Shown in pieces: positions 38,062 to 49,502 of a stretch of 64,000 nucleotides of DNA. The translations under genes and the position numbers were made by a program. The stretch comes from a virus. The notes beneath the pieces are model-generated. The model was not told the origin of the DNA and did no database searches. It was given only the letters and a program-made list of their open reading frames with translations. The DNA lies in the IMG/VR virus record IMGVR_UViG_3300037339_000405, positions 31,623 through 95,622 of that record; one strand, written 5' to 3'. The stretch's first letter is position 1; the number at the start of each line of letters is the position of its first letter.

Positions 38062-38236
38062 GGGCTGCCCCGGGAATCGAACCCGGGCGGGTTGGTAAAG
38101 ATTAGACTGCGCTTCCTCCACGCCTTGGGGCCTTGTGCTGAAACTGCGAGCCACAGAGTCGTAGACTCGCCCGCCGAATCAGCAGCACCGCGCCTTACTG
38201 CATTTCAGAATCCCAACCTTTGCACCAGCAACAGCC
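38062..38236 (-). ncRNA. tRNA-like RNA (acceptor stem + T arm, no D stem, ~120-nt structured insert)
   Basis: GGCTGTT/GGCAGCC acceptor stem, CCGGG-TTCGATT-CCCGG T arm; fills the intergenic gap. Confidence 0.6.
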
Positions 38237-38705
38237 AGTTAAATGCCAATTTTCCCCAGTAGCTTCTTCACGCCGCTGATAACGCCCGGTACTCCACTCC
38301 GTTGGGGCATTTTCTTTGCCGGTGCCCTGTTCAGCTTCACCACCGGCTCAGGCCACTTGGCCTTGGCCAGTGAAACCACCACTCTCACCGTCATCATAGA
38401 AGGAGGGCTCACCCAGTTGACCGCGCCCCCGTAGGACTGCATCACCCGAGCCTCCAGAGGAGTCATCGTGTACTCACGGTCTCCCTGCCAGAACGTCATC
38501 ACCTGATCGTAAGGAACCCTGATAGGCTCACGCTGCCCCTCTGCCTCCATGGTCTTCCCCTTTCTATCTTGCCACCAGCGCCGGCTTCCCTTCCATCCAA
38601 GCTCGAATATCAGGTACTGCCCACTCCAGTACTGCGAAAGTGCCGATCATGTAGAACAACACAACCATGATCCACTTCAAACCCTTTGAGGGGCGAGGCT
38701 GCACA

Positions 38706-39224
38706 TCATCTCCCCAAGGTGATCGACTGCACAGTGCCGCCGCACGTTGTGACTGTGCGACCGGCATTACCGCCAGTAGGCGCCCAGTACATCTGCCCAC
38801 ACCCACCATGAGTCACCTGTGCATCCGGCCTGCCCAGCGTGCGCAGCACCTGAAGGTCGCTATCGCCACCTCTGACCGGCCCTAGCATCCCTACCAGCCC
38901 CTGCGGGTACATCGATTGTGGGCTCGCATAGGACGTTGTCCAGCCCCCTACGTAGCCTTGCCCGATAATGCCCACGTAAGGCCCGGCCATGCTAGATGCC
39001 AACCGCCCGGCGGCAACCCACTCACCCGGCGTGAGCAGCTGTGCATCTGTATTGCTCAGACGCTGCGGCGTTGGGCGCTGAGGGCTGCCATTGCAACGCA
39101 GATCCGTGTAGGTGGTCTGGCCCCTTTCATTCACGCACCGATAGGTCGGCTGTGCCAACGCAGCCGCAGCAACCATGATCGTCAGAAGAAACGCGACAAT
39201 GAGGTACATAGTCGTGTGTTTCAT
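38706..39224 (-). CDS. signal-peptide protein with DUF4124-like domain
   Basis: Hydrophobic N-terminus ending ALA, then YRCV..RG.TTYTD..C. Confidence 0.6.
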   Translation of the reverse strand: MKHTTMYLIVAFLLTIMVAAAALAQPTYRCVNERGQTTYTDLRCNGSPQRPTPQRLSNTDAQLLTPGEWVAAGRLASSMAGPYVGIIGQGYVGGWTTSYASPQSMYPQGLVGMLGPVRGGDSDLQVLRTLGRPDAQVTHGGCGQMYWAPTGGNAGRTVTTCGGTVQSITLGR

Positions 39225-39492
39225 TGCAACCTCCTTAAAGTCTTGCAGGCATCTCGACAAACTTGACCGATACGATATTCTTCACGGTTGCGATGCCCGG
39301 AGTGCCGTATCGCCCGCCAAGGTTGAGCACTAGATGCTCATGCCCGTTAGGACGCGCCATTACCACCCGCCCAGTGAGCTTGCTCCCGTGGGGCGTCATG
39401 ATCGTCACGCGGTCCCCCGGACGGGCTTTTTCGATCAACCACTCCGGGGTCGAATATTCTTGCAAGGATCTCATGGTCTTCTCCTTGGGTCT

Positions 39493-40289
39493 TTGCGCGT
39501 TTTAAGGTCATCCCCGCGCATGTCTGGCCGAGGTTCATTATTCAATCCCTAATTTAGCGAGCATCTTGATAACGGCTAAAGCCGACACCCTTAAACCAGA
39601 AGGAGACCTATCTGGTCCCCATTGGGATGAGTAGTATTTTGCGTCAGACAGAAGTCCGCGCGCAGCTTCCATCGAGCACTCCGAATCAGTCTCCGGCTTG
39701 AAGATTCCACGGTCCATACTATCTCGCACGAAGTAGAACCGCGCCCAGTTCGTGATGTCGAGCGTGGCGTAGCCCATTACTCGGCCTCGACGTATTCCAT
39801 TACGAGCCGCAGCAGCGCCTCATAGCCGCCGGACTTCATCGCCTTGGCGGTAAACTCATCCGCTAGCTCGCGCTGATTGGCGTGTTTCAACGCCTTAGCC
39901 ACGCGCGCGATGATGCTGAATGCATTGCCATCCTCGCCGATCAGTTGAACCCTTACGCCAGATTTGCTCATTCGTGCCTCCGTGTTAGTTGCGCGTTTTA
40001 AGGTCATTCCCGCGCCCCGACCCTGCGTTTGTCGCTCACTAGAATTTGCTCCGAATCAAATCAAGGCGGAAACGATCGCCATTGATTCCGTCTTGTTGAC
40101 CGTTCAGGAACACATCTGCCAATTCGCGTGAGAGACTAGGGTGAGATTCCATAACCTCGCGCGGCGATTGGAAGCGTTTGTACTTACGGCCGTCGAAGAA
40201 TCCGGCAATGAAAGACTGGCTAGTTGTTTCCATCGTTTCCTCCGTGTTAGGTTGCGCGTTTTAAGGTCATTCCCGCGCCCCGACCCTGC
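39493..40289 (-). repeat. three copies of a 5'-leader element (39493-39519, 39978-40026, 40240-40289)
   Basis: Core GCGCGGG[AG]ATGACCTTAAAACGCGCAA upstream of the RBS of three small genes. Confidence 0.85.
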
Positions 40290-40385
40290 TCTACTTTCCT
40301 TCACCCGTTTTGGCAGCCGTCACGGGTTGCTTACAGCCTTATGATACCACGTACAACAGGATTGTCAAGCATTATTATCGGTTTG

Positions 40386-43300
40386 TCAATTCTCACGGGC
40401 CAGCGGCCTGTGAGTAGAGGGGGTGCCTTTGCTGTAGCGACCACCCCATTTCCCAACGCGCAGCCCTGCAACAAACAGAGAGCGCGCCTCAGTCATCACT
40501 TCAGCAGGAATCAGTACCTCCGTCTCACGAATACCCTGCAAATCGTATCCCAGAATCCTGCTATACATCTTCTCCCGGTACCACTTCTGGGTCTTGGGCA
40601 CGCGCACCTCCACTACGTAGCTATCGAGCACCAGCATGTGCTCCTGCGGCATGTAAACGAAACGCCAGCGCTCCCGCCGCCCCTTCATCTTTGCATCGTC
40701 CTTCGTCACCCACACTGCATCCATGTTTGCTCCTAATCCCCTAGCTAGATACGCACCCACAACTAGCACTCACACTTTGCACTGTGCAGCCTTCAGATTC
40801 ATCTCTGCACCTCCACTAACAAGATCACGCTGCCCGGCCCGATCCTAACCAGCGCGCCTTCCATAGACATGTTCACGAAGTAGCTCACGTTGCGGGCACG
40901 CAAACACAGCCAGAAGACGCTAACAGCTACACCTAGCCGATGGATCACTTCTTTGAATCCTTTCAGCTTGTCAATCAAGCCCTGATCTGGCACAGCTGAT
41001 AGTTTTCAGTACCTATCGGCTTGACTTTGATGGCCTCTGCAATTGCTTGCACAATACTCGCAGTACTATCATAGGGCTTGCCGGGTGACTTACCGCTCCA
41101 CGCTTTACCATTCCAGTACCAGCAATAGGAACCCTTCGGTTCCCTCAAAACCAGCTGATGCGCTGTCGTAAACCCCGGCGGGGCGTATATCACTTGGTTG
41201 CGCTTACCCATGGCTCAATCCCCCGAATCGTAGCTCAAGCCGGCACCGCACTTCGTGCACCGTGCGTTATGGAAGCAGTTACCGCTCGTGTAAGGCCAAC
41301 CATTGGCCTTCGCCTCGTCTCGCCCGTATTCCTTGGGGGTGTGCTCACACCCGAATGCAAAGTAACGGGGCTGATACTCATAACCCCCATACTGACCTTT
41401 CTTGGGAGTCGTGTCGAAACTAAGCGCGAGTCCCGTGTTATCTTGGTAGAAAATCGCAAGATTATCTGGAAGATCGTTGCCCTCAGCATCGTGCCTCAGA
41501 AGATACCCTAGATACAGAACACCGATGGGCCTATGGTGCCGGAACGTGCTGGCATATTCCTGCACATCAATCTCACGCCAACCTATCGGTGCAGAGCCGG
41601 GAAACTCCTCGATGTTGGGAAACAGTGCCTTTACACCCTCTGGTACAGGACTCACACCAGTCAATTTCAACTCCCCCGCTTTGAGGTAACTAGTAAATCC
41701 CATGACCACCCTCCACTAAAAGTCGTTATAGTCGAAATGGCTTTCCTTCTCAGCTTCGCGCCCTCGCGCAGCACACCCCTCGCGGTACTCGCTGTCGGGA
41801 ACCGGTCTCACACACATTTCCAGCGCACAATCCGTTCGGATCTCGGCAACTTCACGAGACATCCCCGGTACCGCCGCCATCAGCGCTCTGACCACTCGAT
41901 CTCTGCCCGCCACACTCACGCCCATCTCACACCTCCAATCAGGCATACCAGCTTGCTCTCGCCTTGCTGCCGATCCACGCATAGTGCCCCATGCCATCAG
42001 CATTCACTACCGTACTACCGTCACGCACTCTGCACACCTTCTCTTCACCAACGTACTTACCCGATTCAGCAGTACAATTCCCACTTGCGTAGCCCGTGGC
42101 TTCGATCTCGGCAGACACCTTTCTAATCCCCACGCTCGACTTGCCTACGAGCCTGACCACCTCGAAAAAGTCCACGTTGGTCTGGTCGTACCCCCAACTG
42201 GTATGAACGATATCCCCCACCTTGAGACTCACAGGCTTGCTGATCCGATCCGCTTTCATCTTCGCCTTGTACTCGGCGCAGCGCTTGAGACCGTCTGCCC
42301 AGTCCGCCACAGCCTTGTCTCGTGCCTCAGCGCTCTTGAACGAATAGTTGGCGTCAGGCTTGTTGCGCTTGCCGGAGTAAGCGACCATGTAATACCGCGC
42401 CCCGAACCCCTCACGAGAAACCTCATGCACATACGCCACCGCGTTGACTTCGGGGAACTCAATCGCCCGAGACCCCTCTGGGATGTACCGTCCCATCATC
42501 TTGTTGAACTCTCTGAGGCTGTATCCCATGATCTGCACTCCTTTGCTTATCACCTTAATTCAATTGTACCACCTTGTAGCGGTTTGTCAACTAGCAGCCC
42601 TTAGTAGCCATTCCCGACGGTAGTGACCACGAAGGTACCTAAGTCCGACTCCCCAATAGCTCTCTGAACTCCTCCAACCCCTCCACAGCAACGACCACAT
42701 ATACGGGCTCGCGCCCACACCGTATTTCGTGCTCATTGCACCAGCGCGCTCCCTGCGCCGCCTTGGCTTCGCTGGTGTGCCCTTCCACAGGCTCGCCCGT
42801 GCTCCTGTTGAGCACGACGTATGTATCAAACTTTCCAAATGCACCCATTTATCGCTCCTTCATCCAAAAGGCCAATTCCTTAGTCGCAGAGCCCATAGGA
42901 CACTGCAACCCGCACCATGCTCTTCTCACGATCAATCGACTCGACCCGGCCCCCCATGCACCAGCGAAGCGCCCCGTAAGAGGAACTCTTCGGATACTTG
43001 TCGGATACCCACGCCCCAAGAGCCTCATCGCTGGCCTCGGGGTCAAACGGGAAGTCGCTCACAACCTCATCAGACCACGCGTGCATCGCGTGAGACACCG
43101 GGATGACCTTGGCCTCATCCACACCCGCCGATGCAACCATGGCCTTCCTGACGGCCTTCTTGGCGGCTTCCTCAGAAGCCTTGATCGCTTCCATGATCCC
43201 GTACTCTTCGGGCACGACCACCTCAAGGTTAGCGGCATTCACGAAGACTTTCTCGCCGCTTTCGAGCTTGACCCCGGCGCGCATGCCATAGCGGGAGAAC

Positions 43301-43638
43301 TTGTCGGCGCCATACCAGAAGCACTCACCCTCGGCCCCGATAGGCACTTTCTTGCCGCGCACAAACTTGACTTTCTTGCCTACGCCTATCTTGATCGCAA
43401 TGGCAGCGCGGCTTACCGCCGCGAGCTTGGCCTCATAGGCAGCGCGAAGTTCCGGAGAGGCATCGATCTCGGCGTAACCACCCCCGGGATAGGCAGTGGC
43501 AGCGTATTCCATTTCCTTGCTCTCGCCATCCTCATCTACATAGACCGCGTAGAAGTAGGAATCGTGATAGCCGTTATGCTCGCGGAGGGCCACAACGCGG
43601 CCCGCCATCAAAACCTTGTCTCCGAAAACAATCGCCAT
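40386..43638 (-). other. cluster of small hypothetical genes (including 41215-41709, 41939-42553, 42880-43638)
   Basis: Tiled ORFs with sigma70-like promoters at 42563-42590 and 43672-43700. Confidence 0.55.
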
Positions 43639-43735
43639 GGCTCACACTCCTTTGTTAACCATCACGAGACCATAGTACCATCTTTTGCAATTAAGTGCAA
43701 CCTGTATTTAAGCCCCCGTAGCTGAGAAGTGATCC

Positions 43736-44290
43736 TTAAACCGGTAAGGCATGACGCCCTCGATCCGGATAGGCAGCCAGCACCTCAGCCAGTTTGGCGT
43801 GTAGTCTGCCGTCCCCCTTGTAAAGGTTTTCGGCCAGCCACAGCACCTCGGGCACAAACACCTTGGCAAACTTGGGGTCATGCCAGATGATTGACCCGGC
43901 ATTGCTGATCAAGTCAGCCAGCTTGATCGTGTGAACACTGGCAGTCTCGCCCCTGAGCCTCGTAGCTTCCGCCTTCTTCCTCCACGCCCTGTTGAACATC
44001 GGGTAAGCTTCCTTGGTGAAGAGGTTGGTGAGCCCGTACACCATCCTCTCTACCGTGACCCCAAACTCGGCTCCGATCTCCGGAAACTTCACCCCCACGT
44101 CTTCCACAGTGTCATGGAGATAGGCAGCCGCCACCATCTCTCTCGACCCTCCAACAGAGGCTACTATAGCGGCCACCTCGGCAAGGTGAACGAAATAGGG
44201 AGCGCCCGTGTACTTCCTGACGTGCCCCTCATGGGCCTTCATCGCAAACGCTCGGGCTTTCCTGACCAGTTCAGACATCTCGCACTCCAT
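43736..44290 (-). CDS. stand-alone HD-domain hydrolase (SpoT/Mesh1-like)
   Basis: AH.G..RK..G.PY..H, AA.LHDTVED and IKLAD...N motifs. Confidence 0.88.
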   Translation of the reverse strand: MECEMSELVRKARAFAMKAHEGHVRKYTGAPYFVHLAEVAAIVASVGGSREMVAAAYLHDTVEDVGVKFPEIGAEFGVTVERMVYGLTNLFTKEAYPMFNRAWRKKAEATRLRGETASVHTIKLADLISNAGSIIWHDPKFAKVFVPEVLWLAENLYKGDGRLHAKLAEVLAAYPDRGRHALPV

Positions 44291-44333
44291 TGGCTACGCC
44301 TCAGTATAGCACTATTTGCACTTAACTGCAAAG

Positions 44334-45509
44334 CTACTTCCCCCGCACCTTTGCAGTCCAGTCCGACAAAATCACACTAGAGGCACCCGCTTTGTCGGCA
44401 TACCAGATACCGAACTCGTAGAGTACCTCATAAGCTTGAGAATCGATCTGCTTGCCATATTCCTTGATGGCATCCCGCAGTGCAGGGGCAGTCTGTTCAT
44501 CGGCCTTCTCCTTCATGGCGGCGCGATTTCTCCACGGCCTATCCGCCCACCAACCGCCTAGCCAGAACATGGGCAGTTTCTCCCCCCCAAGGCCGATGTG
44601 CTCGCCGGCCTTTTGCCAGCGTTTGATTTCCTCTATGTATTCCTCCATCGCCTCGGCACGCTCGGCGAGGGCGCGGAGCAGCGCAACGGCCTCCCGGATC
44701 AACGCAGGCTCCTCCATGTCGTGAGTGTTGAGCCAGATTTCGAGCAGGTGCGCGACTTCCTCGGCTCGGGTGTAGGGCCGCTCCTCGCTGACCGGCGCTT
44801 GTGGGGTGTGCAGGAGGGCACGACCAAAAGCGCTGATCGCCGCGTCAAGTTTGCGGAAGTCCTCGATCATCCCGTTACTGGTGAAGTATTGAGCGGCGCT
44901 TGTCAGAGCATCGAAATGCGGCTGTAACCTCTCCCGTTCCTCGCTGCTGGTCGGCTGTAGGGCGGCCTCAGCCCTCAACGTGCGTTGCTTCCACCCGTCA
45001 ATGTTTCGCTCGACGCATTCGGTAAACGACTCGTCCGACTCGATGTGGTACTTGTCCCACAACGCTCGCTGCTCTTTGCTTACCGGCTTCGCACACACCT
45101 TGCAGACCACGCGCCGCTTGTGGCCCATGAAGTCGATGCCACACTCGACGCAAGTACACATATAGCGCCCATTCTCGTGCGGGAAGTCTTCGGGCCAGTC
45201 CTGTGGGTGCTCCTTGCTTGCCGGCGAAGAAGGGCCAACCGAAGTGCCGTCGTCGTGTCGGTGCCCATCTCCAACACGCTCACTGGCAGCACTCCGGCCC
45301 GGATCGCTCCGGCTGACGCGGCTCTCGCCCGTCATTTCTAGCTTGTTTGCCTCGCTGACCGGCGAAGCGCCGGGGAGGGCGGCGGCGAGGGCTTTGAGCA
45401 GCGCATCGTAGACGCTCCCCGGATGAGTGTGGTGTAGCTCTGGCATCTCGGCCGAGAGGAACCCTGCGATCTGGCGCAACGCGTCTTCCCGTTTGATGTA
45501 GTCGGTCAT
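44334..45509 (-). CDS. mosaic accessory protein
   Basis: Start MTDYIKRED; shares linker repeats with neighbours; Zn-finger module C.C..C..F.GHKRR..C..C. Confidence 0.6.
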   Translation of the reverse strand: MTDYIKREDALRQIAGFLSAEMPELHHTHPGSVYDALLKALAAALPGASPVSEANKLEMTGESRVSRSDPGRSAASERVGDGHRHDDGTSVGPSSPASKEHPQDWPEDFPHENGRYMCTCVECGIDFMGHKRRVVCKVCAKPVSKEQRALWDKYHIESDESFTECVERNIDGWKQRTLRAEAALQPTSSEERERLQPHFDALTSAAQYFTSNGMIEDFRKLDAAISAFGRALLHTPQAPVSEERPYTRAEEVAHLLEIWLNTHDMEEPALIREAVALLRALAERAEAMEEYIEEIKRWQKAGEHIGLGGEKLPMFWLGGWWADRPWRNRAAMKEKADEQTAPALRDAIKEYGKQIDSQAYEVLYEFGIWYADKAGASSVILSDWTAKVRGK

Positions 45510-45949
45510 GGCTTCTGCTCCTTGTTGTCGAGGAAGTCTCGGGCGGCTTTGTACTCTGCCGTTTGCAGTTCCTTGAGTGGGGCTAGTTTCTCCTCTTGCG
45601 CCATCCAAGCGGTTACTCCGGCGTGGCCGAAACGGTCATATAGGTCCAGCAGCGACGGTAAATCCTCGGCATCGAAGTCTACCGAGTACGCTGTTGCGTA
45701 TCCAAACGTGTCGTTTGCGTTGAGGCTGGTAAACACGCTGCTGGACATCAAGAAGTTGCGCTGCCGCACCGCCTCGTCGTCGGGCTGTGGGGCGCGCAGG
45801 AGGCTGGCGGCGATCTCGGCTTGGGCGGCGGCGAGTTCGCGTTCTAGTTGTCCAGCCAGTGCTTCTAAATTGTCCGCGTGCGTAGCAATATCCTCGGGTA
45901 ACTTGACGTAAGTTTGCAAGTCATCAGTCCTCGGCGTATCGCTAGTCAT
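45506..45949 (-). CDS. mosaic accessory protein
   Basis: TPRTD..LERELAAAQAEIAA module. Confidence 0.6.
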   Translation of the reverse strand: MTSDTPRTDDLQTYVKLPEDIATHADNLEALAGQLERELAAAQAEIAASLLRAPQPDDEAVRQRNFLMSSSVFTSLNANDTFGYATAYSVDFDAEDLPSLLDLYDRFGHAGVTAWMAQEEKLAPLKELQTAEYKAARDFLDNKEQKP

Positions 45950-46572
45950 CCCTTGGGCTCCTTGCGGGAGAGGTAGGCGCGGACCGCCGGTAGCCAGCGG
46001 GCAAACAAATCCTCCCCTTCCAAACTCGATACTCCGATCAGCAGCCGCACCGCCTCGTCTCGGTCTATTTCCATAGCGATGCCTGCATTACGGAAACGCT
46101 CCATGTTTTGCAGCGTTGCCTCGTCGTCGGGTGGAGGGGCGACGTAGAGCAAGGTGCCAACAGGAGGGATGGGCTGGTGCTTTCGCCACGTTACGATGCA
46201 GATGTCGTTGAGCGATCCTTGCACGTCGGTGATTTCGGCCACCGGTTCTGCCTGCTGCTGCGGGGCGCGCAGGAGGCTGGCGGCGATCTCTAACGTAATC
46301 GGAGCAATCGGAACGCGCGGCGATCCATGGTCGCGTGCATCTTGAGCCCATTCGTTGAAATTACGCGCCATTGTCTCCCGCTCCAGTTTCACTATGCGTT
46401 CCTCCGCGAGGGCGAGTAATTCTTTGACGATCAGATCAGGGGGGCTGACAATCATTGGCTTCCTGCACTTCTCGCAGATAGGAATGTGGCTCCACGGCAT
46501 TACGGTTTTCTGTTTATGCCCGCAACGCCCGCAAAGAGTTTCGACGGCCCGTAAGGTTTTGCGGCGGTTCAT
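45946..46572 (-). CDS. mosaic accessory protein
   Basis: Zn-ribbon followed by LLRAPQQQAEPVA..LY.APP module. Confidence 0.6.
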   Translation of the reverse strand: MNRRKTLRAVETLCGRCGHKQKTVMPWSHIPICEKCRKPMIVSPPDLIVKELLALAEERIVKLERETMARNFNEWAQDARDHGSPRVPIAPITLEIAASLLRAPQQQAEPVAEITDVQGSLNDICIVTWRKHQPIPPVGTLLYVAPPPDDEATLQNMERFRNAGIAMEIDRDEAVRLLIGVSSLEGEDLFARWLPAVRAYLSRKEPKG

Positions 46573-47459
46573 CACTCTCCTTCCTTGTGGATGGCGCTGC
46601 CCCACTCTGCCAGTTCGCAGTAGCTCGTCGTGCCGCTCGTTCTGATATGGGGGCAGGGGCGGGCCTTTAGGGCAGCGATCTCTGCTTGGGCGGCGGCGAG
46701 TTCAGCCTCAACCGCCGTCAAGTTGGCAATCGTTACGTTGTGCATCCTGCGCTCGTTGGCATACTCTGCCTGCTGCTGTGGAGCGGCGACCCGCCTACAT
46801 TTAGGGTTGCATATGAGCGTCATAGGCAATCCGTTACTGTCTGAATCCTTACAGCACACCACTGGCTCTGCCTGCTGCTGCGGGGCGCGCAGGAGGTTAG
46901 TTACTTCTTCCATTACCGCGTCTGCCGCCCACGCAGATCCTTTGTACAGCCCCTTTCGCTCAGCTGCCACGCCTAGTGCTACTGCGGACATGATTATCTG
47001 CCGCATTTCGGCCTCCCGCTCCTCGCTGACCGGCTTTGTGGGATGCAGAATGGCGTCAAGCACCTCGCGCGGAGTCCGGCGGTAAGCGCAGCACTTCGAG
47101 CACCTTTGCTCCTGCCCGTCTGTTTCCGGCCAGATGCGCCAGTCGTGGCTGCACTGCTCCTCGCTGACCGGCGCTTGTGGGGTGTGCAGGAGGCAGGCGG
47201 CTTCTAATTCGAGCCGCCCAGTGTTTTGCAGATGAGAGATTGCTGGCAACTCTAAGTTCATTGCCGCATCGACTTCTAATTTGCGCGCACATTCCTCCCG
47301 CTCCTCGCTGACCGGCGCAGAGTGGAGGGACCGCACATTGTCCGCAACACACTCTAATGCGTTAAGTGCTCCGGCAACGTCGTCTCCTTTCCCTTTCCAC
47401 GCCGATGATTCCTCACGGATCAGTCGCAGCACATCCTCGCGCGTAACGTAGTCGGTCAT
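46572..47459 (-). CDS. mosaic accessory protein
   Basis: Three PVSEE and two APQQQAE linkers. Confidence 0.6.
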   Translation of the reverse strand: MTDYVTREDVLRLIREESSAWKGKGDDVAGALNALECVADNVRSLHSAPVSEEREECARKLEVDAAMNLELPAISHLQNTGRLELEAACLLHTPQAPVSEEQCSHDWRIWPETDGQEQRCSKCCAYRRTPREVLDAILHPTKPVSEEREAEMRQIIMSAVALGVAAERKGLYKGSAWAADAVMEEVTNLLRAPQQQAEPVVCCKDSDSNGLPMTLICNPKCRRVAAPQQQAEYANERRMHNVTIANLTAVEAELAAAQAEIAALKARPCPHIRTSGTTSYCELAEWGSAIHKEGE

Positions 47460-49502
47460 CCCTTGGACTCCTTGTACTCTTCAAGCGTGGTGCGGACTAT
47501 GCGGAAGTTGTTATCATAAAACACCCGCATTAGCCTCTTGGCGTGCGCCAGACTCTTGGCGTTCTCCCAAGGCTCTCCAGGCCACTGCACCCCACGGAGT
47601 TTCTTGTAGATCAACCACTGGAATTTCCTCTTATTCGTCCTTGGTGTCGTAGTGGTCATGGCTTCCTCCGTTTGTCCGCTCGAAGGATGAGCGCACAGCA
47701 CGCCAAGTAAATCGTGCGGAACTCCTTGTCGGTGATCTCGTCGCGCGTTGGCGTCACAGGACCGTCAGCTTCCATTGCACGGTTATCGACGTGTTCGAGC
47801 ACCCTCGCAATCCGTAATGCTTGCCTGCGAATGTATAGCGACTCAGAGCGCGTTAGTGGTCGGCTCACAGCAACGTCCCTCCTCCCTGCTCATGCCCGCG
47901 TGGCGGTGGATTGGGAGCGGTGGGCTTGGCCTTTAGTGCTGACAATTCTTTCTCAAGTCTTGTGACGTAGTTGCCGTAGCCACTGACTACTTTGCCGCAC
48001 TCGGGATTAGAGCAGATGTGATCTGCGGTTTCCCACAGCACCCCCATCAGTTGAACATCTTTTCTACGCAAGTTTTCCTTGGAAAACTGATGCATTAGTT
48101 CACTCGGAGCAGAGACCACGACTTGTACCTGCATCATCGTTTTACTACCGCAGCTTTCGCAAGTCATTCTGTCATCTCCTTCTTGGCTTCCTACCGGGAA
48201 CGACCTTCGCGGGCAGGGCAGCGATGGTTCCAGCCTCCAGCGCATCGACTAGGGCGCGAATAGTGCCGAAGTGCTTCTTCGGCATCGGCGCGGCACCCAG
48301 TGCATAATTCAATGCCTCAATCATCTCGGGAATATTCATGGCGTATGCTCCCTCGTCGATCATGATCGCACTCCTTTGGTACCCGCACTTCAATGCTACC
48401 ACATCCTCAACTATTGTCAAGGCCCATATTCTTGAGGGCCTTGCGTGCCCCCTGCCCGGTCCTGAATCTCCGGGTTCTGCCGTCTAATCCTTTTACCGTC
48501 TCCACTCCCGGCCACACGGAAACGGAGCGCCGTATGATCCAATGACTGAGCCCCGTGCACGAAACAGACCATGGCCCCGCAAAGACCGGTGTCTTCATGC
48601 TCAGTCCTCCACCTTCGTCAGGGTTGCAACCTCCTGAGCGAACATCTCCCCGCCTTGACGCACCGGAAGTTCTCGCCCGCCCTCTGGGTTGCTCGGGTGA
48701 TAGGCATAGGCACCCACCACTCTCACCACGGCAAGCGCGCCGTCCGCCAGAGTCTGCTCGATGATGCCCCGGTAGCGCGTGCGGAAACCTCGCTCGCGCT
48801 CACGCTCGAAGGTAACACGGCCACCCTGCTTCATGCTCCACCCCCTTTTCAGTAATCATGGCTCTCGCCGAGATCATCGCGGTCGTAACCGTCGATCCGG
48901 TCAGCACTGCGCTTGCTTGCAACCGGCGCACTCTCCTCAGCCACCTCACGAAGCTTCTCGCGGAACCCCGGAATGTCGTTGACATACACATCCCCCATGT
49001 CACAACCTCCGAAAGTCATCGGTGAAGACACGGTGCAAAAAGCTCGTGCATACGGGTCCTTGAGGCTCGCAGCAGGCGACTTATAGAGCTTGAGAACTCG
49101 CCACTCCCAACTGCCCTTGATGATGACAAAGTAAGGCTTGGACTCGGGACGGGACTTGCCGTATTCGTTTTTCATAATTACCTCCTCAGATTTCGACACA
49201 ATGCGGGAGTCTGCTGGCGCCCGCCGAAACGAAGACCACTGCCGGAACTACGTTGACCCGGTTCCCCCCACAATCCGCTATCATCGGTATGAAGGCCACT
49301 GCTGAAACCGGTTCAGCAACAACATACGCCGGGTGCGGAATCGGTGAACCCATCACCATGGCTGCTACCGACACCGCAAGAATCCAAGAGACGTTTTTCA
49401 TGACTCGCACTCCTTTGCTTGTCAATCACTACAGTTCCATTCTACTACATTGCACCCAAATGTCAAGCAGCATTTTCCCCCTTGCAATCAGTTGCAACCC
49501 AG

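Noticed and set aside
38062-38236. Canonical tRNA or tmRNA
   Set aside because: No D stem or 7-nt anticodon loop; too short for tmRNA, no G3-U70 pair, no evident tag ORF
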